Made by a program: the position numbers and the translations under genes. 32,000 bases of DNA from Bacillota bacterium (GTDB lineage: Bacteria > Bacillota > DTU025 > MWDF01), in NCBI GenBank assembly GCA_017994615.1, contig JAGOKM010000006.1, positions 1-32,000 of the forward strand, written 5' to 3'. The notes below the pieces were generated by a model, which was given only the letters and a program-made list of their open reading frames with translations, searched no databases and was not told the origin of the DNA. Positions 8,898 through 16,960 of the stretch are shown here, in pieces; within the stretch, counting starts at the first letter, position 1, and the number at the start of each line of letters is the position of its first letter.

Positions 8898-9545
8898 CTA
8901 GAGGTCGATGACAATCCTCAAGGGTCCGATGATCTCCATCTCGCGCCTTGTTACCGAATACCTCATGTTCCCTGCCGTTATGCTGACATTGTCGCCCTGC
9001 TTTGCTATGATGTCCGCCGTCGTATATATGTATTCGTCGTTAAGGTCCACGACCAGGTCCTTCGCCTTGACGGTGCCGCCGTCGGCAGTCACTTCCGCAT
9101 AGCCGGGGATGTGCACCTTCTGGGTGGCAGGGTCCCATGACATGGATTCTGTGGTCATGAGAGTTTTCCCTTCGGATGAGACGACCACCCCTTCGGTAAA
9201 CTGCATGCGGTTCCTTCCGTCCACGCTGGCCCTGCCTGCCTTGAAACCTAGGTAGGGGCCCTGCTGCCTGTAGATTACCCCTTTTGTGATATTGTTCAGC
9301 ACGGCGTTCCTTCCGAACCTCGGAAGCTCCATGCTTTCGACCTCCATCTCCCAGACCTTCTCGCCGTCGGCCCAGCTGGACATCGAAAGGCCCTTGATGA
9401 GGACCTCGGGCATCCCTTCCTGCCCGGGCGGCGCTTCTGTGGCCTGCAGGGGGTCTGTCGATTCCCTCACGAAGCCGTAGTAATACATGGCCGCAAACGC
9501 TACGGCCAGAACTGCGAATGCCGCGATGCCCGCCTTAAGGTTCAA
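8898..9545 (-). CDS. lptC: LPS export system protein LptC
   Basis: 215 aa. Single N-terminal TM then an LptC-like beta-jellyroll pattern (GVVSSEGKTLMTTESMSWDPATQKVHIPGYAEVTADGGTVKAKDLVVD). TTG start preceded by AGGAGG. Confidence 0.85.
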   Translation of the reverse strand: MNLKAGIAAFAVLAVAFAAMYYYGFVRESTDPLQATEAPPGQEGMPEVLIKGLSMSSWADGEKVWEMEVESMELPRFGRNAVLNNITKGVIYRQQGPYLGFKAGRASVDGRNRMQFTEGVVVSSEGKTLMTTESMSWDPATQKVHIPGYAEVTADGGTVKAKDLVVDLNDEYIYTTADIIAKQGDNVSITAGNMRYSVTRREMEIIGPLRIVIDL

Positions 9546-9569
9546 GGTTCACCTTGCCTCCTGCCTGCG

Positions 9570-12500
9570 TCAGTTGAACAGCGTCCAGTCCCCGGTGCCT
9601 ATGCCGAGAGGGACATCGGGGAAAGCCTTGATCTTGAGGTTTACGAAGAACCTCTGCTCCACTGCCTGGTATCCTGCCGTTATCTCCCTGCAGTGCAAGT
9701 CCTTGGTTATGGCGAAGTCCGCCTTCCTAAGCCCTTCCCGCGCAACGTCGTAGATGAGCGCCCATACCAGGCGCCATTCCTCAAGGAACTTGAGGTCCCC
9801 GCTGGTCTCCACCTTGCTTATCTTCCCTGTCGACCCGTTGTATTCGGCCCCGAACTTCAATGCCACCTCCGGCACAGGCTTCAGGGTAAGGCGCGCGGTG
9901 AGAGTCGACAGTCTGAACAACGGAAGCGAGAACCTGGTCGTCACATCGGCCTGGTACTTGTCCTCATACTTGTAACCTACCGAAGCTGCGAAGCTGTCGT
10001 ACGTGGACTTCAGGAAATCATAGCCTGTGGAAGCGGCCAGCGTCACTCCGTAGAAAGTGGCTGAAGTCGAGCCTGTTATCTTGTTCCTGTCTCCGGCGCT
10101 GTCGAACCTGAAAGGCGTGCTCCCAAACCCTTTCGCATAGTCGTAGGACAGCTTTATGTCCCAGCCCTTCACGGGTTTGACTGTCAACGATGTGGAAACT
10201 CCCAGCCTGGTCCTGGCGTTTCCCGTTGTGTACAGGCTGCCAAGGAATGACCCGGACAGGTCGAAGAATCCATATCCCCAGAGGTTCATCCGGTCCAGGG
10301 ACAGCGAGATGTCGGCCTCGCCCTTGCCTGCGTCAAGGAACTCTACCGGATCGGTGTTCAATATCCTTTCGACGTACCTGCCGGCCGTCACCTTGACAGC
10401 GATCCCTGCAGGCAGCGAGCCCAGTTGCGTCCTGAACATCTCCATCTGCAGCTCCGGAAGCCTTTTCAGCGATGAGAGCACCACAGTCTGCTTCTCGTCC
10501 ATCGTCTCGGCGGACTGCAGGTTCAAGGTCAGCCTCCCCGACTTCTGCGAATGGACGAGGCTTGCCTTGTAGTTGATGCTCTCCATGCTCTTCGCCCCGT
10601 CTATCCCGGTCAGGCGGTAGCTGACATTGCCGCTCAGCTTAAGGCCCTCTGCCAGGTCGGAGCTGTGGTTCGCCGAGATGCTCAGCGTGGATGTGTCCTG
10701 CGCCGCATCCCTGAACCTGTACGAAAACTGCGCCGAAGTCCTGTCCTTGGCAGCGCTCCTGTCGAGCTTCAGCTCAGCGTATTGCTCGTCTGTGAGAATC
10801 CCGGCGCCGTCGGAGGACCCCTTGATGGAATACTTGACCGATGCGGTTATGCCCAAGGGTAGCCTGACGGCCTGGGAGATCTCGGCGTTCCAGCTTGCTG
10901 CAGTGGAAGTCAGGCTCTTGAGACCATAAAGGCTGTAGTATCCGTCGCCTTTCCCCTCTATCGTGTAATCATGCCGCAATCCGGCGCCTATGCCGCTTAT
11001 CTGGAAGAAGTCGAGCCTGATCGTAAGCTTGCCGGCGTCATCCAGAGGCCTTCTGAAGGTGTTCTTCACGTAAACGCCGTCGGCGCTGCTCCAGCCGAAT
11101 TCGGGGAGCGTGATCCTCTCCTGCTCCTTCAGGGGTATGGTGAGCACGGGCAGCTTCAGCAGCCTCATGTTCGCCTCGAAATAGGACACGTTCCTGGCGA
11201 TGATGTAGTCGCCCTCCACGAACTCTATGCTCTCAGCCTCTATCCGGTAGTGGGGCTGAGGTAGTTCGCAGGTCGTGAGATACCCTTCACCCAGCTTGTA
11301 CGACCCGTCCTTCTGGGTGAACTCCGCGCCGTTGAGGTATATGTATCCTTTGACCCTGTCGTCGCTGATCCTGCCCTCGAAGTTCTCGAAAGAGACCTCT
11401 CCTGTCCTTATGTCGACGTACGCCTTTTCGGAGGATACGACGCTGTCCCCCGTCTCTACGGTGACTATCCCTTTGAGCTCGGCCATGCCTGTCGTGACAT
11501 CTATCTGCGCGCTCCCTGCCTTGATGAGATAGCCCTCGAAGGAGATGACGACGTCTCCCTCCGCCCTCCAGACGTCCCCTCCGTCGTAGTAAATCCTTCT
11601 GGCGCTGACTTTGACGTTGGTCCCTGCGGCGGACGCCCCCCATGGGGCTGAAAGGACAAGCGCCGCTGCGAGCAACAACGCCAAGGCCGGCAGCCTCGGC
11701 TTGAACCTGGGCTTACGGCCCATCCTCCTTGAATCAGCCCTTATCAACAGGATTACGGCTGCGAGGGCGAACGCGATGTCCGCCGACCAGGCCGCCAGCC
11801 AGGGCTGGATCCTGGTCGCCTGCAGCATTCCGTAGGACCTGACCACCGATTCGAACACGAAGTACAGCGTCACTATTACAAGCCCGGCTCCTATGCTGTA
11901 GACGGCTCCACCTCTTCTCGGACTCCTCAGCGCAAGTGGCACGGCAAGCACCGCGAAGATGAGCGATGAAAGCGGCTGTGCGAGCTTGAGGTAATAGTCT
12001 ATCATCAGGTTCTTGGCCTTGATACCGCTCTTTGTGAATAGGGCTATGCTCTCCCTGAGGTCCTTCATGGACATCTCGGACGTAGTCCTCCCCGAGTTCG
12101 TATACTCGGTGACGGCCCTTTCCATCCTGATTTCCAGCACGTCGAAGTGCGCCGTCGATACGACCCTTCCGTCCTGGCCGCATTCGTGGATGTTGCCGTT
12201 CTCGAAGGCCCAGACGCCGGAATCGGCCTTGCCCTTGGCTGCGGTGATCAGCTGGGGATACCTTCCGTAGCCTATGTCGTATATCATCACGTCCTGGACC
12301 GTGGCCCGGTCATCGCTTATCCGGCCGATGTAGAAGAACTTATTGTCCGGCCCCCTGAAGAAGACGTTGTTTTCTATGCTTGGGATGCTGTCGCCCAGGA
12401 TCATCCTGTTGACGATGTTCCTGGATTCGAGGTTGGCCTTCGGCGCCACCTGGTCTCCCATGTAGAAGCCGAAGAGGCTGATTGCCGCCGAAAGGATTAT

Positions 12501-12809
12501 AAGGGGAAGGGCGATCCTCGACAACCTGAGGCCCGCCGCCCTCATGATCGAAAGCTCGCTGTCCTTGGATAACCTGCCCAGGCTGAGCAGTACGCCGAAG
12601 AGGGTGGCAAAGGGAAGCACCTGAACGATTGCCGCAGGCATGTTGTAGATGACGAGCTTCATGACAGTCCCGATGGGCGTTCGCTTGACCACGACCATCT
12701 CTGCCAGCCAGTATAGCTGGACGCTGAGGGATATGACTATGAACGCGGTTATCGCCGCCAGGAAGGGGCCGAGGAACTCCCGCGTTACATAACGGTCAAG
12801 CTTCCTCAT
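9570..12809 (-). CDS. Fused LptF/LptG-family permease plus LptD-like outer-membrane LPS assembly protein
   Basis: Single 1079-aa ORF. Residues 1-362 are a YjgP/YjgQ permease (MRKLDRYVTREFLGPFLAAITAF..., C-terminal TM cluster). Residues 363-1079 begin MGRKPRFKPRLPALALLLAAALVLSAPWGASA|AG, followed by an OstA domain, LTTCELPQPHYRIEAESIEF and a beta-barrel with DLHCREITAGY near the C-terminus. Confidence 0.9.
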   Translation of the reverse strand: MRKLDRYVTREFLGPFLAAITAFIVISLSVQLYWLAEMVVVKRTPIGTVMKLVIYNMPAAIVQVLPFATLFGVLLSLGRLSKDSELSIMRAAGLRLSRIALPLIILSAAISLFGFYMGDQVAPKANLESRNIVNRMILGDSIPSIENNVFFRGPDNKFFYIGRISDDRATVQDVMIYDIGYGRYPQLITAAKGKADSGVWAFENGNIHECGQDGRVVSTAHFDVLEIRMERAVTEYTNSGRTTSEMSMKDLRESIALFTKSGIKAKNLMIDYYLKLAQPLSSLIFAVLAVPLALRSPRRGGAVYSIGAGLVIVTLYFVFESVVRSYGMLQATRIQPWLAAWSADIAFALAAVILLIRADSRRMGRKPRFKPRLPALALLLAAALVLSAPWGASAAGTNVKVSARRIYYDGGDVWRAEGDVVISFEGYLIKAGSAQIDVTTGMAELKGIVTVETGDSVVSSEKAYVDIRTGEVSFENFEGRISDDRVKGYIYLNGAEFTQKDGSYKLGEGYLTTCELPQPHYRIEAESIEFVEGDYIIARNVSYFEANMRLLKLPVLTIPLKEQERITLPEFGWSSADGVYVKNTFRRPLDDAGKLTIRLDFFQISGIGAGLRHDYTIEGKGDGYYSLYGLKSLTSTAASWNAEISQAVRLPLGITASVKYSIKGSSDGAGILTDEQYAELKLDRSAAKDRTSAQFSYRFRDAAQDTSTLSISANHSSDLAEGLKLSGNVSYRLTGIDGAKSMESINYKASLVHSQKSGRLTLNLQSAETMDEKQTVVLSSLKRLPELQMEMFRTQLGSLPAGIAVKVTAGRYVERILNTDPVEFLDAGKGEADISLSLDRMNLWGYGFFDLSGSFLGSLYTTGNARTRLGVSTSLTVKPVKGWDIKLSYDYAKGFGSTPFRFDSAGDRNKITGSTSATFYGVTLAASTGYDFLKSTYDSFAASVGYKYEDKYQADVTTRFSLPLFRLSTLTARLTLKPVPEVALKFGAEYNGSTGKISKVETSGDLKFLEEWRLVWALIYDVAREGLRKADFAITKDLHCREITAGYQAVEQRFFVNLKIKAFPDVPLGIGTGDWTLFN

Positions 12810-12837
12810 GGCTGAACTGCCTTTCGATTATGTGAAT

Positions 12838-12865
12838 AGAGGGGCGCAGTCAATTGCGCCCCTCT
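12838..12865. promoter_or_regulatory. Perfect 11-bp inverted repeat between skp and the lptFG-lptD fusion
   Basis: AGAGGGGCGCA-GTCAAT-TGCGCCCCTCT. No convincing U tract on either side. Confidence 0.7.
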
Positions 12866-12885
12866 TCAAAGGAAACTGCAGCCTG

Positions 12886-13344
12886 CTACTTCGTTGCACC
12901 CTTGGCGAGGACGGCTGCGGTCATGTCCATTCCGCCTTCGATGACTATCGAGCTGTTGAGTATCACAGTGACGCCCATTTCCTTTGCGACTGCCTTGACT
13001 GCCTCTTCCAGCTTTGCGTATGCCGGATCGAGAGTCTTCTTTGCATAGTCGTTGTAGCTGGCGTTGTACTGCTCTACGAGCTTGTTCTTGGTGTCAGCGT
13101 CCTGGCCCTCCGCCTTCTTGTTCAACTCCGTCTCAAGGGCCGCCTTCTTGCTGGCGACCGCCGCCCATGCCGTCTTCAGGGCCGGGAACTCCGAGTTGAG
13201 CTTGTCGGTATCGATATGGCCGATGACTGCATATTCCGGGGCCGCGCCTGCCTTTCCGGTGGTTACGTTGCTGATCGTGGCGGCTATGGCGACCAGGGCA
13301 ATGGCCATGACAATCGCCGTGGTGTTCCTGAAAAGGTTCTTCAT
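12886..13344 (-). CDS. OmpH/Skp-family periplasmic chaperone
   Basis: 152 aa. Signal peptide then VIGHIDTDKLNSEFPALKTAW with a Lys/Ala/Glu-rich helical arm and a conserved C-terminal region (VAKEMGVTVILNSSIVIEGGMDMTAAVL). Confidence 0.88.
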   Translation of the reverse strand: MKNLFRNTTAIVMAIALVAIAATISNVTTGKAGAAPEYAVIGHIDTDKLNSEFPALKTAWAAVASKKAALETELNKKAEGQDADTKNKLVEQYNASYNDYAKKTLDPAYAKLEEAVKAVAKEMGVTVILNSSIVIEGGMDMTAAVLAKGATK

Positions 13345-13391
13345 TCGGGTTTGACCTGCCTCTCATTAGTTAATTTCATACAACAAATTTT

Positions 13392-13420
13392 ATTATAGAA
13401 CTTAGGGCCCCTATTGTCAT
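13392..13420 (-). promoter_or_regulatory. Near-consensus housekeeping promoter upstream of the skp-lpt genes
   Basis: Minus strand ATGACA - 17 nt (ATAGGGGCCCTAAGTTC) - TATAAT. Confidence 0.7.
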
Positions 13421-13427
13421 TCACATA

Positions 13428-15134
13428 TTAGAACGTATGCCCGAAGCCGAAATACACCCGGCCCTCTCCGTTGGACACTCCGTAGTCCAGCCTCACCATC
13501 CCGAGTATCGGTATGTTCACCCTCGCGCCTATGCCCACACCGTACTTCAGGTTGTCCCATGTGAACTTATCGCCCTTGCTCCAGGTCTCCCCGAGGTCGA
13601 AGAACACGACGCCTCCGATCACGTCCTCATAGATCCTGAACCTGTACTCCGCGTTGGCGAACGCAATGTAGTCTCCGCTTAAAGGCACTTTGAGCCCCCT
13701 TAGGTTGGTGCCGCCTCCGAGAAGGAAGGCCGCATGCTCTGGAAGCGCAGGGAAACCGCCGCCGATGCCTATCCTGCCCGCTATTACGTGCCCGTCCTTG
13801 AACTCATAGTACCCGGTGGTCTGCGCATAGAGCTTCGTGAAGTTGTCGTCGCCCCCGAGTATCCCGCCTGCGAACTCGGTCGACGCGAATACTGTGTAAC
13901 CTTTGGTGGGGCTTATGAAATCGTCCCTCGTGTCGCGCGTCAACGACAGGGTAAAGCTCCTGGTGGAGGAGTCCTGTGGAACCGCAGGGTCGGGCACTTC
14001 GGTGTCGTTGCTTATGAAATCGAGCCTGAAGGATGCGTTGGCCTTAGTGTACAGGTCGAAATAGTAGCCGATCCATGCGTTGCCGCCGGTGCGGTACTGC
14101 TTGTATGTCAGGTCGCCCTCAGGGCCTTCAGGGTCATACTCGATGGTCTTGTTGGCCATCCTCCGGTATATGTCCAGGCCGGCTTCCAGCTTGTCGGTGA
14201 AAAGGTAGGGCGTAGATACGCTGAACTCCCCCGTGACGAGCTTCTCCTTGCCGCCTGCCTCGAGCCTTCCTGACACTTTTATACCGTAGCCGAATATGTT
14301 CTTGTCGGAGATCTCGACGTAGCCTATGAGGCCTTCGGACGAGTTATATGTGGCCCCCACGTTGAATAGGCCTGTCTGGCTCTCCTTCACCACGAATACG
14401 ACGTCGGCGTATGGCCCCTCTTCCACGGGTTTGAGCTCCACTCCGACCTCGTCGAATATGCCTGTGTTGTAGATCCTCCTGCTGTCGTCCGAGATGACGC
14501 CCATGTTTATGAACTCGCCCTCTGTGAGCCTGATGTTCCTCCTTATGATCTCTTCCTTCGTCTTTGAGTTCCCTGAGATCACTACAGAGCCGACCTTCCA
14601 CTCCAAGACTTTGACGACGACGGAGCCGTCCATGCTGATCTCCGGCTCAAGGCTCGCTATGTATCCCTTTTCCTTATACAGCCCTACTATCCCGTCGAGG
14701 TCAGCCCTCAATGTGTTTGCATTGATCATCTTTCCGACCACGGATTTCATCCTTGAGAGAAGTTCGTCCGTGCTCATAAGGGTGTTGCCGGTAACCTCTA
14801 TGCTTTTCAGGTCGGGGAACTCGAGCACCGTTATGATGAGCTTTATCCCGCCCAGGAATACCTGGGAGCGGGCCCCCAGGTCCGCGAAGTGCCCGCTTGC
14901 CTGAAGAGCGGCGAACGCCTTGTCGAGGTCCTGCTGGGTCAGTTCCATACCGATGGTCAGCGGCACGAGGCCCTTTATGTAGGCTGAATCCAGCTTCTTG
15001 TTCCCCTCTATCTCTATGCCGGCAAGCCTGCCGTAAGACTGCTCAGCTGCAGCAGCCGGCAGGGCCAGCGCCAGTGCCAGTGCCAATCCTAGTGTCAGCA
15101 GGGCCAACGTCCTGCCCTTGCGGCTTTTAAACAT
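13428..15134 (-). CDS. bamA: Outer-membrane protein assembly factor BamA
   Basis: 568 aa from the ATG at 15134 (AGGAGGT Shine-Dalgarno). POTRA repeats, beta-barrel with FFDLGETWSKG, terminal Phe (GFGHTF). The track's longer start at 15200 lacks the signal peptide at its N-terminus. Confidence 0.93.
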   Translation of the reverse strand: MFKSRKGRTLALLTLGLALALALALPAAAAEQSYGRLAGIEIEGNKKLDSAYIKGLVPLTIGMELTQQDLDKAFAALQASGHFADLGARSQVFLGGIKLIITVLEFPDLKSIEVTGNTLMSTDELLSRMKSVVGKMINANTLRADLDGIVGLYKEKGYIASLEPEISMDGSVVVKVLEWKVGSVVISGNSKTKEEIIRRNIRLTEGEFINMGVISDDSRRIYNTGIFDEVGVELKPVEEGPYADVVFVVKESQTGLFNVGATYNSSEGLIGYVEISDKNIFGYGIKVSGRLEAGGKEKLVTGEFSVSTPYLFTDKLEAGLDIYRRMANKTIEYDPEGPEGDLTYKQYRTGGNAWIGYYFDLYTKANASFRLDFISNDTEVPDPAVPQDSSTRSFTLSLTRDTRDDFISPTKGYTVFASTEFAGGILGGDDNFTKLYAQTTGYYEFKDGHVIAGRIGIGGGFPALPEHAAFLLGGGTNLRGLKVPLSGDYIAFANAEYRFRIYEDVIGGVVFFDLGETWSKGDKFTWDNLKYGVGIGARVNIPILGMVRLDYGVSNGEGRVYFGFGHTF

Positions 15135-15259
15135 CGAAGTACCTCCTGATGGTCGAGCTTCGTGGGGTGTACGCCCCTGTCTGCGCCAGAATGTCCGCAC
15201 TGCTGTTATTATCTAACGCACTGCCCGCAGAACACGTTCCCGCGCCTACTTTATATATT

Positions 15260-16957
15260 TTACTTCACTTCCGACTCTTCTGAAACGAAACCTTTTACGA
15301 CGCTCTGTATTATTACGCTGGTCCTATACAAGGGCTCTCCGTCATATGGCTCGCCTTCGGCCCCCTGATCGTACGGAAGGGCCTCATCCTGGGCCCCTTC
15401 GCGCTCATAGTAGATCTCGAGCACGACTTCGTTGTTCTGGTCGGCGGACCCTATGTCTTCGAGCAATTCGGAAACGGACCTTCCGCCAGTGTCCCCGACC
15501 TTGTCTCCGATTGTGTAGGCTTCGTCCTCGTCCTCGGAGGCGCCGCCGAAGGCTGATACCGACACCGTTCCCGGGTCCGTACCTGCGGGAAGCATGACCT
15601 CGATCTGCTTTGTGTACTCCTCGCCCCTGAAAGGCCTTATCCTCACGCCGACAGACTGCGGAGTCCCCGGCACGAAGCCCCCCTCCGGAAGCTCTATGCC
15701 AGTGATTACGGATGTCAGCCTTACTGGGGCGATGTCGACGGTCACTTGAATGCCGGATACTGCCGCCTCTTCAACGTCGTTTCCGAGTATCAGGGCGATG
15801 ATGTCGGAGACTTCCCCCGTCACCGATGTCCCTATGTCGTTGCCCGACCAGACCATGTCCTCCCTTATTAGCTGCCCGGAGCCTGTCTTTATGAGCACCG
15901 ATATGTAGGCGGTGCCTTCCCCGACCCTCATTATCGAGCCGTCTATGGTGGACAGCACGGCCGAGGCTACGAGGTCCTCCATCAGCCTTTCATCCCGCAC
16001 GCATTTCAGGCTGGACGATTTCCTCCTGCCCGTTTGCATGTCGTTCGCCCTGACGGAAACGTCAGCCATGGAAGCTGTAGTGCCTATCGTGCCGGCCAGC
16101 CCATACGACCGGTCCTGCGTCACCACGGCCGACGGGGCTTCGAAAGTGCCGAGCTTGAACGGGAAGGAATCTGAGGGCAGCACTGCAAGCACCGTAGACT
16201 TCGACATGGGAAGCTCCACGGAGCCTATGTTCAGCATCGGATGCCCGAAGGCGAGGAAGCTCCTGCCGTCGGTCCATGTGAGTGTTCCTATGGCGCCGGC
16301 CTCGACGTCCCCGTTGCACATCTGGACTGCGATCGACGAGCCTGCCACGTAGCCTCCGTCCCTGTCCTCGTCGCTTGAAGATGCCCCTATCGCCATGACC
16401 GGGCTGACCTTGTAACCCTTCGACCTGAAGCCCTCCTTCAGCTCGTCAAGGGCCCTTCCGGCAAGGCCGCTCACCCATACTGGCGTCGAGGCTGGCTTGA
16501 AGCACCCCCATCCGTCGATTTCGATCCTGTCTCCGGCAGATGCCAGCTTTCCTGCCTCAAGTAGCCTGACCATCGCGCTCATCGGCGTTATTATGCCGAT
16601 AAACGGGTCGGGACCTTCTAGCACATGCGAGAGCGCGCCGATCAGCTTGCCTGAAAGATAGCAGGGGCTTCCGCTCATGCCCGCAGCTATGCCGCCTATC
16701 TCGTCTATGCTGGGGCCGGACACCCTGGCTATTATGAGGTAGTCTGAGCTGTCTTCGCCCTTCGTTACTGCCAGCACCTTGAAATCGAAGCTGGAAGGCT
16801 CGCTGCCCGCGAACACGGTGAGACCGTATCCCGACACGCCCGGCTTGATATCCTTCGGTTCCAGATAGATTGGGGCGCCAAGGGCCGCGGCTGCAAGGAA
16901 GGCGATTGACAGCAGCGCCGATGCCGCAATCCATGGGATGGCGCGTCTTCTTTGCAT
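15260..16957 (-). CDS. SpoIVB-like peptidase S55 domain protein
   Basis: 565 aa. Signal peptide, YLEPKDIKPGVSGYGLTVFAG..., serine motif GIAAGMSGSPCYLSGKLIGALSH, and a second core motif FLAFGHPM. Confidence 0.85.
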   Translation of the reverse strand: MQRRRAIPWIAASALLSIAFLAAAALGAPIYLEPKDIKPGVSGYGLTVFAGSEPSSFDFKVLAVTKGEDSSDYLIIARVSGPSIDEIGGIAAGMSGSPCYLSGKLIGALSHVLEGPDPFIGIITPMSAMVRLLEAGKLASAGDRIEIDGWGCFKPASTPVWVSGLAGRALDELKEGFRSKGYKVSPVMAIGASSSDEDRDGGYVAGSSIAVQMCNGDVEAGAIGTLTWTDGRSFLAFGHPMLNIGSVELPMSKSTVLAVLPSDSFPFKLGTFEAPSAVVTQDRSYGLAGTIGTTASMADVSVRANDMQTGRRKSSSLKCVRDERLMEDLVASAVLSTIDGSIMRVGEGTAYISVLIKTGSGQLIREDMVWSGNDIGTSVTGEVSDIIALILGNDVEEAAVSGIQVTVDIAPVRLTSVITGIELPEGGFVPGTPQSVGVRIRPFRGEEYTKQIEVMLPAGTDPGTVSVSAFGGASEDEDEAYTIGDKVGDTGGRSVSELLEDIGSADQNNEVVLEIYYEREGAQDEALPYDQGAEGEPYDGEPLYRTSVIIQSVVKGFVSEESEVK

Positions 16958-16960
16958 GGC

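Noticed and set aside
12838-12865. Canonical intrinsic terminator
   Set aside because: Stem is strong but the minus-strand downstream sequence is ATTCACATAATCG, not a U tract.
13428-15200. Upstream start at 15200 for BamA
   Set aside because: The 22 extra residues are not signal-like, while ATG 15134 has AGGAGGT at good spacing and starts a clear signal peptide.
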